From positions 11,222,001-11,286,000 of the forward strand of contig OZ024744.1 in assembly GCA_964016885.1 (NCBI GenBank): DNA of 64,000 nucleotides, given 5' to 3'. Numbering within the stretch: position 1 is the first letter of the stretch; the number at the start of each line of letters is the position of its first letter. The notes below the pieces were generated by a model, which did no database searches, was not told where the DNA came from, and worked only from the letters and a program-made list of their open reading frames with translations. This stretch comes from Eledone cirrhosa (Eukaryota). Below, piece after piece: positions 41,401-55,549 of the stretch. A program made the position numbers and the translations under genes.

Positions 41401-44400
41401 CTCCTATATGTTGTGCTGTTGTACTTCAATATGTTGTGTTCTACTCCAATATGTTGTGTTGTTCTACTCCAATATGTTGTGTTGTTGTACTCCAATATGT
41501 GATGTTGTTGTACTCCAATATGTCGTATTGTTGTACTCCAATATATTGTGTTGTTATACTCCAATATTTCGTGTTGTTTTAGTCCAATATGTCATGTTGT
41601 TTTACTCCAATATTTCGTGTTGTTGTACTCCAATATGTCATGGTGTTGTACTTCAATATGTCGTATTGTTGTACTCAAATATGTTGTGTTGTTGTTCTCC
41701 AATATGTCGTGTTGTTATACTCCAATATGTTATGATGTTGTACTCCAATATATTGTGTTGTTGTACTCCAATATGTTGTGTTGCTGTACTCCAATATGTT
41801 GTGTCGTTGTACTCCAATATGTTGTGTTGTTGTACTCCAATATGTTGTGTTGTTGTACTCCAATATGTTGTTGTACTCCAATATGCCATGTTGTTATACT
41901 CCAATATTTCGTGGCGTTGTACTCCAATATGTCATGTTGTTGTACTCCAATATTTCGTGTTGTTGTACTCCAATATGTCGTAGGGGTTGTACTCCAATAT
42001 GGTGTGTTGTTGTACTCCAATATGCTGTGTTGCTGTACTCCAATAGGTTGTGTTGTTGTACTCCAATATGCTGTGTTGGCTGTGCTCCAATACGTTGTGT
42101 TGTTGTACTCCAATATGTTGTGCTGCTGTACTCCAATATGTTGTGTTGTTGTACTCCAATATGTTGTGTTGTTGTACTCCAATATGTTGTGTTGTTGTAC
42201 TCCAATCTATATCGCTGTTGTACTCCAATATGTTGTGTTGTTGTACTCCAATATGTTGTGTTGTTGTACTCCAAAATATTGTGTTGTTATACTCCAATAT
42301 GTTGTGTTGTTATACTCCAATATGTTGTGCTGTTATACTCCAATATGTTGTGTTGTTGTACTCCAATATGTTGTGCTGTTATACTCCAATATTTTGTGTT
42401 GTTATACTCCAATATGTGGTATTGTTGTACTCCAATATGTTGTGCTGTTGTCCTCCAATATGTTGTGTTGTTATACTCCAACATGTTGTGTTGTTATACT
42501 CCAATATGTTGTGTTGTTATACTCGAATATTTTGTGTTGTTATACTCGAATATCTTGTGTTGTTATACTCGAATATGTTGTGCTGTTGTACTCCAATATG
42601 TCGTGTTGTTGTACTCCAATATATCATGTAGTTGTACTCCAATATTTCGTGTTGTTGTACCCCAATATGTAGTGTTGTTTATACTCCAATATGTTTTGCT
42701 GTTGTACTCCAATATGATGTGCTGTTGTACTCCAATATGTTGTATTGTTGTTCTCCAATATGTCATGTTATACTCCAATAAGTTGTGTTCTTGTACTCCA
42801 ATATGTTGTGTTGTTGTACTCCAATATATCATGTTGTCGTACTCCAATATGTCATGTTATACTCCAATATGTCATTGTTGTACTCCAATATGTCATTGTT
42901 GTACTCCAATATGTCGTGTCGTTGTACTCCAATATGTCGTGTTGTTGTACTCCAATATGCTGTGTTGTTATACTCCAATATGTTGTGTTGTTGTACTCCA
43001 ATATGTTGTGTTGTTATACTCCAATATGTTGTGTTGTTGTACTCCAATATGTCATGTTGTTGTACTCCAATATGTTGCGTTGTTGTACTCCAATATATCA
43101 TGTTGTCGTACTCCAATATGTTTTGATGTTGTACTCCAATATGTTGTGTTGTTGTACTCCAATATGTTGTGTAGTCGTACTCCAATATGTTGTGTTGTTG
43201 TACTCCAATATGCTGTGATGTTGTACTCCAATATGATGTGCTGTTGTACTCCAATGCGTTGTGTTGTTGTACTCCAATATGCTGTGTTGTTATACTCCAA
43301 TATGTTGTGTTGTTATACTCCAATCTGTTGTGTTGTTATACTCCAATATATTGTGTTGTTATACTCCAATATGTTGTGTTGTTTTACTCCAATATCTTGT
43401 ATTGTTGTTCTCCAATATGTCATGTTATACTCCAATAAGTTGTGTTCTTGTACTCCAATATGTTGTGTTGTTGTACTCCAATATGTTGTGTTGTTGTACT
43501 CCAATATATCATGTTGTCGTACTCCAATATGTCATGTTATACTCCAATGTGTCATTGTTGTACTCCAATATGTCGTGTTGTTGTACTCCAATATGTCGTG
43601 TTGTTGTACTCCAATATGTTGTGTTGTTGTACTCCAATATGTTGTGTTGTTGTACTCCAATATGTTGTGTTGTTATACTCCAATATGTTATGTTGTTGTA
43701 CTCCAATATGTCATGTTGTTGTACTCCAATATGTTTTGATGTTGTACTCCAATATGTCGTGTTGTTATACTCCAATATGTTATGATGTTGTACTCCAATA
43801 TATTGTGTTGTTGTACTCCAATATGTTGTGTTGCTGTACTCCAATATGTTGTGTCGTTGTACTCCAATACGTTGTGTTGTTGTACTCCAATATGTTGTGT
43901 TGTTGTACTCCAATATGTTGTTGTACTCCAATATGCCATGTTGTCGTACTCCAATATTTCGTGTTGTTGTACTCCAATATGTCATGATGTTGTACTCCAA
44001 TATGTTGTGTTGTTGTACTCCAATATGTTGTGTTGTTGTACTCCAATATGTTGTGTTGTTGTACTCCAATATGTTGTGTTGTTGTACTCCAATATGTTGT
44101 GTTGTTGTACTCCAATATGTTGTGTTGTTGTACTCCAATATGTTGTGTTGTTGTACTCCAATATGCCATGTTGTTATACTCCAATATGTGGTGGTGTTGT
44201 ACTCCAATATGTCATGTTGTTGTACTCCAATATTTCGTGTTGTTGTACTCCAATATGTCATAGGGGTTGTACTCCAATATGCTGTGTTGCTGTACTCCAA
44301 TAGGTTGTGTTGTTGTACTCCAATATGTTGTGTTGTTGTACTCCAATCTATATCGCTGTTGTACTCCAATATGTTGTGTTGTTGTACTCCAATATGTTGT

Positions 44401-47400
44401 GCTGTTGTACTCCAATATGTTGTGCTGTTGTGCTCCAATATTTTGTGCTGTTATACTCCAATATATTGTGTTGTTATAATCCAATATGTTGTGTTGTTGT
44501 ACTCCAAAATATTGTGTTGTTATACTCCAATATGTTGTGTTGTTATACTCCAATAAGTTGTGCTGTTATACTCCAATATGTTGTGTTGTTGTACTCCAAT
44601 ATGTTGTGCTGTTATACTCCAATATTTTGTGTTGTTATACTCCAATATGTGGTATTGTTGTACTCCAATATGTTGTGCTGTTGTACTCCAATATGTTGTG
44701 TTGTTATACTCCAACATGTTGTGTTGTTATACTCCAATATGTTGTGTTGTTATACTCGAATATGTTGTGTTGTTATACTCGAATATCTTGTGTTGTTATA
44801 CTCGAATATGTTGTGCTGTTGTACTCCAATATGTCGTGTTGTTGTACTCCAATATATCATGTAGTTGTACTCCAATATTTCGTGTTGTTGTACCCCAATA
44901 TGTAGTGTTGTTTATACTCCAATATGTTTTGCTGTTGTACTCCAATATGTTGTGTTGCTGTACTCCAATATCTTGTGTTCTTATACTCCAATATGTTGTG
45001 TTGTTATACTCCAATATGTTGTGTTGTTGTACTCCAATATGTTGTGCTGTTTTACTCCAATATGTTGTGTTGTTGTACTCCAATATGTTGTATTGTTTTT
45101 CTCCAATATGTCATGTTATACTCCAATAAGTTGTGTTCTTGTACTCCAATATGTTGTGTTGTTGTACTCCAATATATCATGTTGTCGTACTCCAATATGT
45201 CATGTTATACTCCAATATGTCATTGTTGTACTCCAATATGTCGTGTTGTTGTACTCCAATATGTCGTGTTGTTGTACTCCAATATGTTGTGTTGTTGTAC
45301 TCCAATATGTTGTGTTGTTGTACTCCAATATGTTGTGTTGTTATACTCCAATATGTTATGTTGTTGTACTCCAATATGTCATGTTGTTGTACTCCAATAT
45401 GTTTTGATGTTGTACTCCAATATGTTGTGTTGTTGTACTCCAATATGTTTTGATGTTGTAGTCCAATATGTTGTGTTGTTGTACTCCAATATGTTGTGTA
45501 GTCGTACTCCAATATGTTGTGTTGTTGTACTCCAATATGCTGTGATGTTGTACTCCAATATGATGTGCTGTTGTACTCCAATGCGTTGTGTTGTTGTACT
45601 CCAATATGCTGTGTTGTTATACTCCAATATGTTGTGTTGTTGTACTCCAATATGTTGTGTTGTTGTACTCCAATATGTTGTGTTGTTGTAATCCAATATC
45701 TTGTGTAGTTATACTCCAATATGTTGTGCTGTTGTACTCCAATATGTTGAGTTGTTATACTCCAATATGTAGTGTTGTTATACTCCAATATGTTGTGTTG
45801 TTGTACTCCAATCTGTTGCGTTATACTCCAATATGTTGTGTTGTTATACTCCAATATGTTGTGTTGTTATACTCCAATATGTTGTGTTGTTTTACTCCAA
45901 TATGTTGTATTGTTGATCTCCAATATGTCATATTATACTCCAATAAGTTGTGTTCTTGTACTCCAATATGTGTTGTTGTTGTACTCCAATATGTTGCGTT
46001 GTTGTACTCCAATATATCATGTTGTCATACTCCAATATGTCATGTTATACTCCAATATGTTTTGATGCTGTACTCCAATATGTTGTGTTGTTGTACTACA
46101 ATATGTTGTGTTGTTGTACTCCAATATGTTGTGTTGTTATACTCCAATATGTTGTGCTGTTGTACTCCAATATGTTGTGTTGTTATACTCCAATATGTAG
46201 TGTTGTTATACTCCAATATGTTGTGTTGTTGTATTCCAATCTGTTGTGTTGTTATACTCCAATATATTGTGTTGTTATACTCCAATATGTTGTGTTGTTT
46301 TACTCCAATATGTTGTGTTGTTGTACTCCAATATGTTGTATTGTTGTTCTCCAATATGTCATGTTATACTCCAATAAGTTGTGTTCTTGTACTCCAATAT
46401 GTTGTGTTGTTGTACTCCAATATGTTGTGTTGTTGTACTCCAATATATCATGTTGTCGTACTCCAATATGTCATGTTATATTCCAATATGTCGTTGTTAT
46501 ACTCCAATATGTCATGATGTTGTACTCCAATATGTCGTGTTCTTGTACTCCAATATGTCGTGTTGTCGTACTCCAATATGTTGTGTTGTTGTACTCCAAT
46601 ATGTTGTGCTGTTGTACTCCAATATGTTTGTTGTTGTACTCCAATATGTTGTGTTGTTATACTCCAATATGTTGTGTTGTTGTACTCCAATATTTCGTGT
46701 TGTTGTACTCCAATACGTCGTGTTGTACTCCAATATGTTGTGTTGTTATACTCCAATATGTTATGTTGTTGTACTCCAATGTGTCTTGTTGTTGTACTCC
46801 AATATGTTTTGATGTTGTACTCCAATATGTTGTGTTGTTGTACTCCAATATGTTTTGATGTTGTACTCCAATATGTTGTGTTGTTGTACTCCAATATGTT
46901 GTGTAGTCGTATTCCAATATGTTGTGTTGTTGTACTCTAATATGTTTTGTTGTTATTCTCCAATATGTTGTGATGTTGTACTCCAATGCGTTGTGTTGTT
47001 GTACTCCAATGTGATGTGTTGTTGTACTCCAATATGTTGTGCTGTTGTACTCCAATATTTTTTTGTTTTTTTGTACTCCAATATGTTGTGTTGTTATACT
47101 CCAATATGTTGTGTTGTTATACTCCAATATGGTGTGTTGTTGTACTCCAATATGTTGTATTGTTTTCTCCAATATGTCATGTTATACTCCAATATGGTGT
47201 GTTCGTGTACTCCAATATGTTGTGTTATTGTACTCCAATATGTTGCGTTGTTGTACTCCAATATGTTGTGTTGTTATACTCCAATATGTCATGTGGCTGT
47301 ACTCCAATATGTCATGTTGTTGTACTCCAATATGTCTTGTTATAGTCCAATATGTCGTGTTGTTGTACTCCAATATATCATGTAGTTGTACTCCAATATT

Positions 47401-50378
47401 TCGTGTTGTTGTACCCCAATATGTAGTGTTGTTTATACTCCAATATGTTTTGCTGTTGTACTCCAATATGTTGTGTTGCTGTACTCCTATATGTTGTGTT
47501 GTTATTCTCCAATATGTTGTGCTGTTGTACTCCAATGTGTTGTGTTGTTATACTCCAATGTGTTGTGTTGTTATACTCCAATATGTTGTGTTGTTGTAGT
47601 CCAATATGTTGTGTTGTCGTACTCCAATATGTTGTGTTGTTATACTCCAATATTTCGTGTGGTTGTACTCCAGTATGTCATGGTGTTGTACTTCAATATG
47701 TCGTGTTGTTGTACTCCAATATGTTGTCTTGTTGTACTCCAATCTGTTGTATTGTTGTACTTCAATATGTTCGGTTGTTGTACTCCAATATATTGTGTTG
47801 TTGTACTCCAATATGTTGTGTTGTTGTACTCCAATATGCTGTGTTGTTGTACTCCAATATGTTGTGTTGTTGTACTCCAATATGTTGTGTTGTTGTACTC
47901 CAATATCTTGTGTTCTTATACTCCAATATGTTGTGTTGTTATACTCCAATATATTGTGTTGTTGTACTCCAATATGTTGTGCTGTTGTACTCCAATATGA
48001 TGTGCTGTTGTACTCCAATATGTTGTGTTGTTGTACTCCAATGTGTTGTGTTGTTGTACTCCAATATGTTGTGCCGTTGTACTCCAATATTTTTTTGTTT
48101 TTGTACTCCAAAATGTTGTGTTGTTATACTCCAATATGTTGTGTTGGTGTACTCCAATATGGTGTGCTGTTGTACTCCAAATCTCGTGTTGTTATACTCC
48201 AATGTGTTGTGTTGTTATACTCCAATATGGTGTGTTGTTGAACTCCAATATGTTGTATTGTTTTTCTCCAATATGTCATGTTATACTCCAATATGTCGTG
48301 TTGCTGTACTCCAATATGTCATGCTGTTGTACTCCAATATGTTTTGCTGTTGTACTCCACCGTGTTGTGTTGTTGAACTCCAATACGTTGTGTTGTTGTT
48401 CTCCAATATTTTGTGCTGTTGTACTCCAATTTGTGTTGTTGTACTCCAATATGTTGTGTTGTTGTACTCCAATATGTTGTGTTGTTGTACTCCAATATGT
48501 TGTGTTGTTATACTCCAATATGTTGTGCTGTTGTACTCCAATATTTCGTGTTGTTGTACTCCAATACGTCGTGTTGTTGTACTCCAATATGTTTTGATGT
48601 TGTACTCAAATATGTTGTGTTGTTGTACTCCAATATGTTTTGATGTTGTACTCCAATATGTTGTGTTGTTGTACTCCAATATGTTGTGTAGTCTTACTCC
48701 AATATGTTGTGTTGTTGTACTCCAATATGCTGTGATGTTGTACTCCAATATGATGTGATGTTGTACTCCAATGCGTTGTGTTGTTGTACTCCAATGTGAT
48801 GTGTTGTTGTACTCCAATATGTTGTGCCATTGTACTCCAATATTTTTTATATTTGTACTCCAATATGTTGTGTTGTTATACTCCAATATGTTGTGCTGTT
48901 GTACTCCAAATCTCGTGTTGTTATACTCCAATGTGTTGTGTTGTTATACTCCAATATGGTGTGTTGTTGTAGTCCAATATGTTGTATTGTTTTTTTCCAA
49001 TGTGTCATGTTATACTCCAATATGTTGTGTTCGTGTACTCCAATATGTTGTGTTATTGTACTCCAATATGTTGCGTTGTTGTACTCCAATATGTTGTGTT
49101 GTTATACTCCAATATGTTGTGTTGTTGTACTGCAATATGTTGTCTTGTTGTACTCCAAAAGGCCATGTTATCGTACTCCAATATGTCTTGTTATACTCCA
49201 ATATGTCGTGTGGCTGTACTCCAATATGTCATGTTGTTGTACTCCAATATGTCTTGTTATAGTCCAATATGTCGTGTTGTTGTACTCCAATATGTCATGT
49301 AGTTGTATTCCAATATTTCGTGTTGTTGTACCCCAATATGTCGTGTTGTTTATACTCCAATATGTTTTGCTGTTGTACTCCAATATGTTGTGTTGCTGTA
49401 TTCCAATATGTTGTGTTGTTATTCTCCAATATGTTGTGCTGTTGTACTCCAATGTGTTATGTTGTTATACTCCAATATGTTGTGCTGTGCTACTCCAATA
49501 TATTGTGTTGTTGTACTCCAATGTGTTGTGTTGTTATACTCCAATATGTTGTGTTGATTTACTCCAATATGTTGTGTTGTTGTACTCCAATCTGTTGTGT
49601 TGTTATACTCCAATATGTTGTGTTGTTATACTCCAATATGTTGTGTTGTTTTACTCCAATATGTTGTGTTGTTGTACTCCAATATGTTGTGTTGTTGTAC
49701 TCCAATATGTTGTGTTGTTGTGATCCAATATCTTGTGTTGTTATACTCCAATATGTTGTGTTGTTGTACTCCAATATGTTGTGTTGTTATACTCCAATAT
49801 GTTGTGTTGTGATACTCCAATATGTTGTGCTGTTGTACTCCAATATGTTGTGTTGTTATACTCCAATATGTTGTGTTGTTTTACTCCAATATGTTGTGTT
49901 GTTGTACTCCAATATGTTGTATTGTTGTTCTCCAATATGTCATGTTATACTCCAATAAGTTGTGTTCTTGTACTCCAATATGTTGTGTTGTTATACTCCA
50001 ATATATCATGTTGTCGTACTCCAATATGTCATGTTATACTCCAATATGTCGTTGTTATACTCCAATATGTCATGTTGTTGTACTCCAATATGTCGTATTG
50101 TTATACTCCAATATGTTTTGATGTTGTACTCCAATATGTTGTGTAGTCGTACTCCAATATGTTGTATTGTTATACTCCATTATGTTGTGCTGTTGTACTC
50201 CAATATGTTCTGTTGTTGTACTCCAATATATTGTGTTGTTGTACTCCAATATGTCGTGTTGTTGTACTCCAATATGTTGTGTTGTTATACTCCAATATGT
50301 AGTGTTGTTATACTCCAATATGTTGTGTTGTTGTACTCCAATCTGTTGTGTTATACTCCAATATGTTGTGTTGTTGTA
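38435..50378 (+). repeat. ~11.9 kb higher-order repeat, copy 2
   Basis: Same offsets as copy 1. Identity ends near 50378 (GTACTCC here versus GTAGTCC at 38464). The offset changes by 1 bp at the T-tract near 47058-47072 (T7GT7 versus T7GT6 near 35145-35158). Confidence 0.95.
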
Positions 50379-52359
50379 CTCCAATATGTTGTATTGTTGT
50401 TCTCCAATATGTCATGCTATACTCCAATAAGTTGTGTTCTTGTACTCCAATATGTTTTGTTGTTGTACTCCAATATGTTGTGTTGTTGTACTCCAATATA
50501 TCATGTTGTCGTACTCCAATATGTCATGTTATACTCCAATATGTCGTTGTTATACTCCAATATGTCATGTTGCTGTACTCCAACATGTCGTGTTGTAGTA
50601 CTCCAATATGTTTTGATGTTGTACTCCAATATGTTGTGTTGTTGTACTCCAATATGTTGTGTTGTTGTACTCCAATATGTTGTGTTGTTATACTCCAATA
50701 TGTTGTGCTGTTGTACTCCAATATGTCATGTTGTTGTACTCCGATATTTCGTGTTGTTCTACTCCAATATTTCGTGTTGTTGTACTCCAATATCTCGTGG
50801 TGTTGTACTCCAATATGTTTTGATGTTGTACTCCAATATGTCGTGTTGTTGTACTCCAATATGTTGTGTTGTTGTACTCCAATATGCTGTGTTGTTATAC
50901 TCCTATATGTTGTGCTGTTGTACTTCAATATGTTGTGTTCTACTCCAATATGTTGTGTTGTTCTACTCCAATATGTTGTGTTGTTGTACTCCAATATGTG
51001 ATGTTGTTGTACTCCAATATGTCGTATTGTTGTACTCCAATATATTGTGTTGTTATACTCCAATATTTCGTGTTGTTTTAGTCCAATATGTCATGTTGTT
51101 TTACTCCAATATTTCGTGTTGTTGTACTCCAATATGTCATGGTGTTGTACTTCAATATGTCGTATTGTTGTACTCAAATATGTTGTGTTGTTGTTCTCCA
51201 ATATGTCGTGTTGTTATACTCCAATATGTTATGATGTTGTACTCCAATATATTGTGTTGTTGTACTCCAATATGTTGTGTTGTTGTACTCCAATATGTTG
51301 TTGTACTCCAATATGCCATGTTGTTATACTCCAATATTTCGTGGTGTTGTACTCCAATATGTCATGTTGTTGTACTCCAATATTTCGTGTTGTTGTACTC
51401 CAATATGTCATAGGGGTTGTACTCCAATATGGTTTGTTGTTGTACTCCAATATGCTGTGTTGCTGTACTCCAATAGGTTGTGTTGTTGTACTCCAATATG
51501 CTGTGTTGGCTGTGCTCCAATACGTTGTGTTGTTGTACTCCAATATGTTGTGCTGCTGTACTCCAATATGTTGTGTTGTTGTACTCCAATATGTTGTGTT
51601 GTTGTACTCCAATATGTTGTGTTGTTGTACTCCAATCTATATCGCTGTTGTACTCCAATATGTTGTGTTGTTGTACTCCAATATGTTGTGTTGTTGTACT
51701 CCAAAATATTGTGTTGTTATACTCCAATATGTTGTGTTGTTATACTCCAATATGTTGTGCTGTTATACTCCAATATGTTGTGTTGTTGTACTCCAATATG
51801 TTGTGCTGTTATACTCCAATACTTTGTGTTGTTATACTCCAATATGTGGTATTGTTGTACTCCAATATGTTGTGCTGTTGTCCTCCAATATGTTGTGTTG
51901 TTATACTCCAATATGTTGTGTTGTTATACTCCAATATGTTGTGTTGTTATACTCGAATATTTTGTGTTGTTATACTCGAATATCTTGTGTTGTTATACTC
52001 GAATATGTTGTGCTGTTGTACTCCAATATGTCGTGTTGTTGTACTCCAATATATCATGTAGTTGTACTCCAATATTTCGTGTTGTTGTACCCCAATATGT
52101 AGTGTTGTTTATACTCCAATATGTTTTGCTGTTGTACTCCAATATGATGTGCTGTTGTACTCCAATATGTTGTATTGTTGTTCTCCAATATGTCATGTTA
52201 TACTCCAATAAGTTGTGTTCTTGTACTCCAATATGTTGTGTTGTTGTACTCCAATATATCATGTTGTCGTACTCCAATATGTCATGTTATACTCCAATAT
52301 GTCATTGTTGTACTCCAATATGTCGTGTTGTTGTACTCCAATATGTCGTGTTGTTGTAC

Positions 52360-53740
52360 TCCAATACGTCGTGTTGTACTCCAATATGTTGTATTGTTAT
52401 ACTCCAATATGTTATGTTGTTGTACTCCAATATGTCTTGTTGTTGTACTTCAATATGTTTTGATGTTGTACTCCAATATGTTGTGTTGTTGTACTCCAAT
52501 ATGTTTTGATGTTGTACTCCAATATGTTGTGTTGTTGTACTCCAATATGTTGTGTAGTCGTACTCCAATATGTTGCGTTGTTGTACTCTAATGTGTTGTG
52601 TTGTTATTCTCCAATATGTTGCGATGTTGTACTCCAATGCGTTGTGTTGTTGTACTCCAATGTGATGTGTTGTTATACTCCAATATGTTGTGCTGTTGTA
52701 CTCCAATATTTTTTGTTTTTTGTACTCCAATATGTTGTGTTGTTATACTCCAATATCTTGTGTTATTATACTCCAATATGTTGTGCTGTTGTACTCCAAA
52801 TCTCGTGTTGTTATACTCCAATGTGTTGTGTTGTTATACTCCAATATGGTGTGTTGTTGTACTCCAATATGTTGTATTGTTTTCTCCAATATGTCATGTT
52901 ATACTCCAATATGGTGTGTTCGTGTACTTCAATATGTTGTGTTATTGTACTCCAATATGTTGCGTTGTTGTACTCCAATATGTTGTGTTGTTATACTCCA
53001 ATATGTCATGTGGCTGTACTCCAATATTTCGTGTGGTTGTACTCCAATATGTCATGGTGTTGTACTTCAATATGTCGTGTTGTTTTACTCCAATATGTTG
53101 TCTTGCTGTACTCCAATCTGTTGTATTGTTGTACTTCAATATGTTCTGTTGTTGTACTCCAATATATTGTGTTGTTGTACTCCAATATGTTGTGTTGTTG
53201 TACTCCAATATGCTGTGTTGTTGTACTCCAATATGTTGTGTTGTTATACTCCAATATGTTGTGTTGTTGTACTCCAATATCTTGTGTTGTTATACTCCAA
53301 TATGTTGTGTTGTTATACTCCAATATGTTGTGTTGTTGTACTCCAATATATTGTGCTGTTGTACTCCAATATGATGTGCTGTTATACTCCAATATGTTGT
53401 GTTGTTGTACTCCAATATGTTGTGTTGTTGTACTCCAATATGTTGTGCCGTTGTACTCCAATATTTTTTTTGTTTTTGTACTCCAAAATGTTGTGTTGTT
53501 ATACTCCAATATGTTGTGTTGTTATACACCAATGTGGTGTGCTGTTGTAATCCAATATGTTATGTTGTACTCCAATATGTTGTGTTGTTATACTCCAATA
53601 TGTAGTGTTGTTATACTCCAATATGTTGTGTTGTTGTACTCCAATCTGTTGTGTTATACTCCAATATGTTGTGTTGTTATACTCCAATATGTTGTGTCGT
53701 TATACTCCAATATGTTGTGTTGTTTTACTCCAATATGTTG
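52360..53740 (+). repeat. Block homologous to ~60225-62020 (offsets 7867 and 8279, i.e. a 412 bp indel between copies)
   Basis: ORF pairs 52506/60373, 52588/60455 (7867) and 53290/61569, 53399/61678, 53557/61836 (8279). Shared private variants include TACTCTAATGTG, GTTGCGATG and TGTGTTATTATAC. Confidence 0.85.
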
Positions 53741-55549
53741 TGTTGTTGTACTCCAATATGTTGTATTGTTGTTCTCCAATATGTCATGCTATACTCCAAT
53801 AAGTTGTGTTCTTGTACTCCAATGTGTTTTGTTGTTGTACTCCAATATGTTGTGTTGTTGTACTCCAATATATCATGTTGTCGTACTCCAATATGTCATG
53901 TTATACTCCAATATGTCGTTGTTATACTCCAATATGTCATGTTGCTGTACTCCAACATGTCGTGTTGTAGTACTCCAATATGTGTTGATGTTGTACTCCA
54001 ATATGTTGTGTTGTTGTACTCCAATATGTTGTGTTGTTGTACTCCAATATGTTGTGTTGTTATACTCCAATATGTTGTGCTGTTGTACTCCAATATGTCA
54101 TGTTGTTGTACTCCGATATTTCGTGTTGTTCTACTCCAATATTTCGTGTTGTTGTACTCCAATATGTCGTGGTGTTGTACTCCAATATGTTTTGATGTTG
54201 TACTCCAATATGTCGTGTTGTTGTACTCCAATATGTTGTGTTGTTGTACTCCAATATGCTGTGTTGTTATACTCCTATATGTTGTGCTGTTGTACTCCAA
54301 TATGTTGTGTTGTTGTACTCCAATATGTTGTGTTGTTGTACTCCAATATGTTGTGTTGTTGTACTCCAATATGTGATGTTGTTGTACTCCAATATGTCGT
54401 ATTGTTGTACTCCAATATATTGTGTTGTTATACTCCAATATTTCGTGTTGTTTTAGTCCAATATGTCATGTTGTTTTACTCCAATATTTCGTGTTGTTGT
54501 ACTCCAATATGTCATGGTGTTGTACTTGAATATGTCGTATTGTTGTACTCCAATATGTTGTGTTGTTGTTCTCCAATATGTCGTGTTGTTATACTCCAAT
54601 ATGTTATGATGTTGTACTCCAATATATTGTGTTGTTGTACTCCAATATGTTGTGTTGCTGTACTCCAATATGTTGTGTCGTTGTACTCCAATATGTCTTG
54701 TTATAGTCCAATATGTCGTGTTGTTGTACTCCAATATGTTATGTAGTAGTAGTCCAATATTTCGTGTTGTTGTACCCCAATATGTCGTGTTGTTTATACT
54801 CCAATATGTTTTGCTGTTGTACTCCAATATGTTGTGTTGCTGTACTCCAATATGTTGTGTTGTTATTCTCCAATATGTTGTGCTGTTGTACTCCAATGTG
54901 TTATGTTGTTATACTCCAATATGTTGTGCTGTGCTACTCCAATATATTGTGTTGTTGTACTCCAATGTGTTGTGTTGTTATACTCCAATATGTTGTGTTG
55001 ACTTACTCCAATATGTTGTGTTGTTGTACTCCAATCTGTTGTGTTGTTATACTCCAATATGTTGTGTTGTTATACTCCAATATGTTGTGTTGTTTTACTC
55101 CAATATGTTGTGTTGTTGTACTCCAATATGTTGTGTTGTTATACTCCAATATGTTGTGTTGTGATACTCCAATATGTTGTGCTGTTGTACTCCAATATGT
55201 TGTGTTGTTATACTCCAATATGTTGTGTTGTTTTACTCCAATATGTTGTGTTGTTGTACTCCAATATGTTGTGTTGTTGTACTCCAATATATCATGTTGT
55301 CGTACTCCAATATGTCATGTTATACTCCAATATGTCGTTGTTATACTCCAATATGTCATGTTGTTGTACTCCAATATGTCGTATTGTTGTACTACAATAT
55401 GTTTTGATGTTGTACTCCAATATGTTCTGTTGTTGTACTCCAATATATTGTGTTGTTGTACTCCAATATGTCGTGTTGTTGTACTCCAATATGTCGTGTT
55501 TTTGTACTCCAATATGTTGTGTTGTTGTACTCCAATATGCTGTGTTGTT

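Noticed and set aside
47050-47076. T-tracts as intrinsic or Pol III terminators
   Set aside because: There is no preceding GC-rich hairpin or RNA gene. They are mutated monomers in phase with the array.
26522-50378. Offset 11914 equals exactly 518 x 23
   Set aside because: The unit contains many 18-24 bp monomers and the offset is 11913 over most of its length, so the exact multiple is coincidental.
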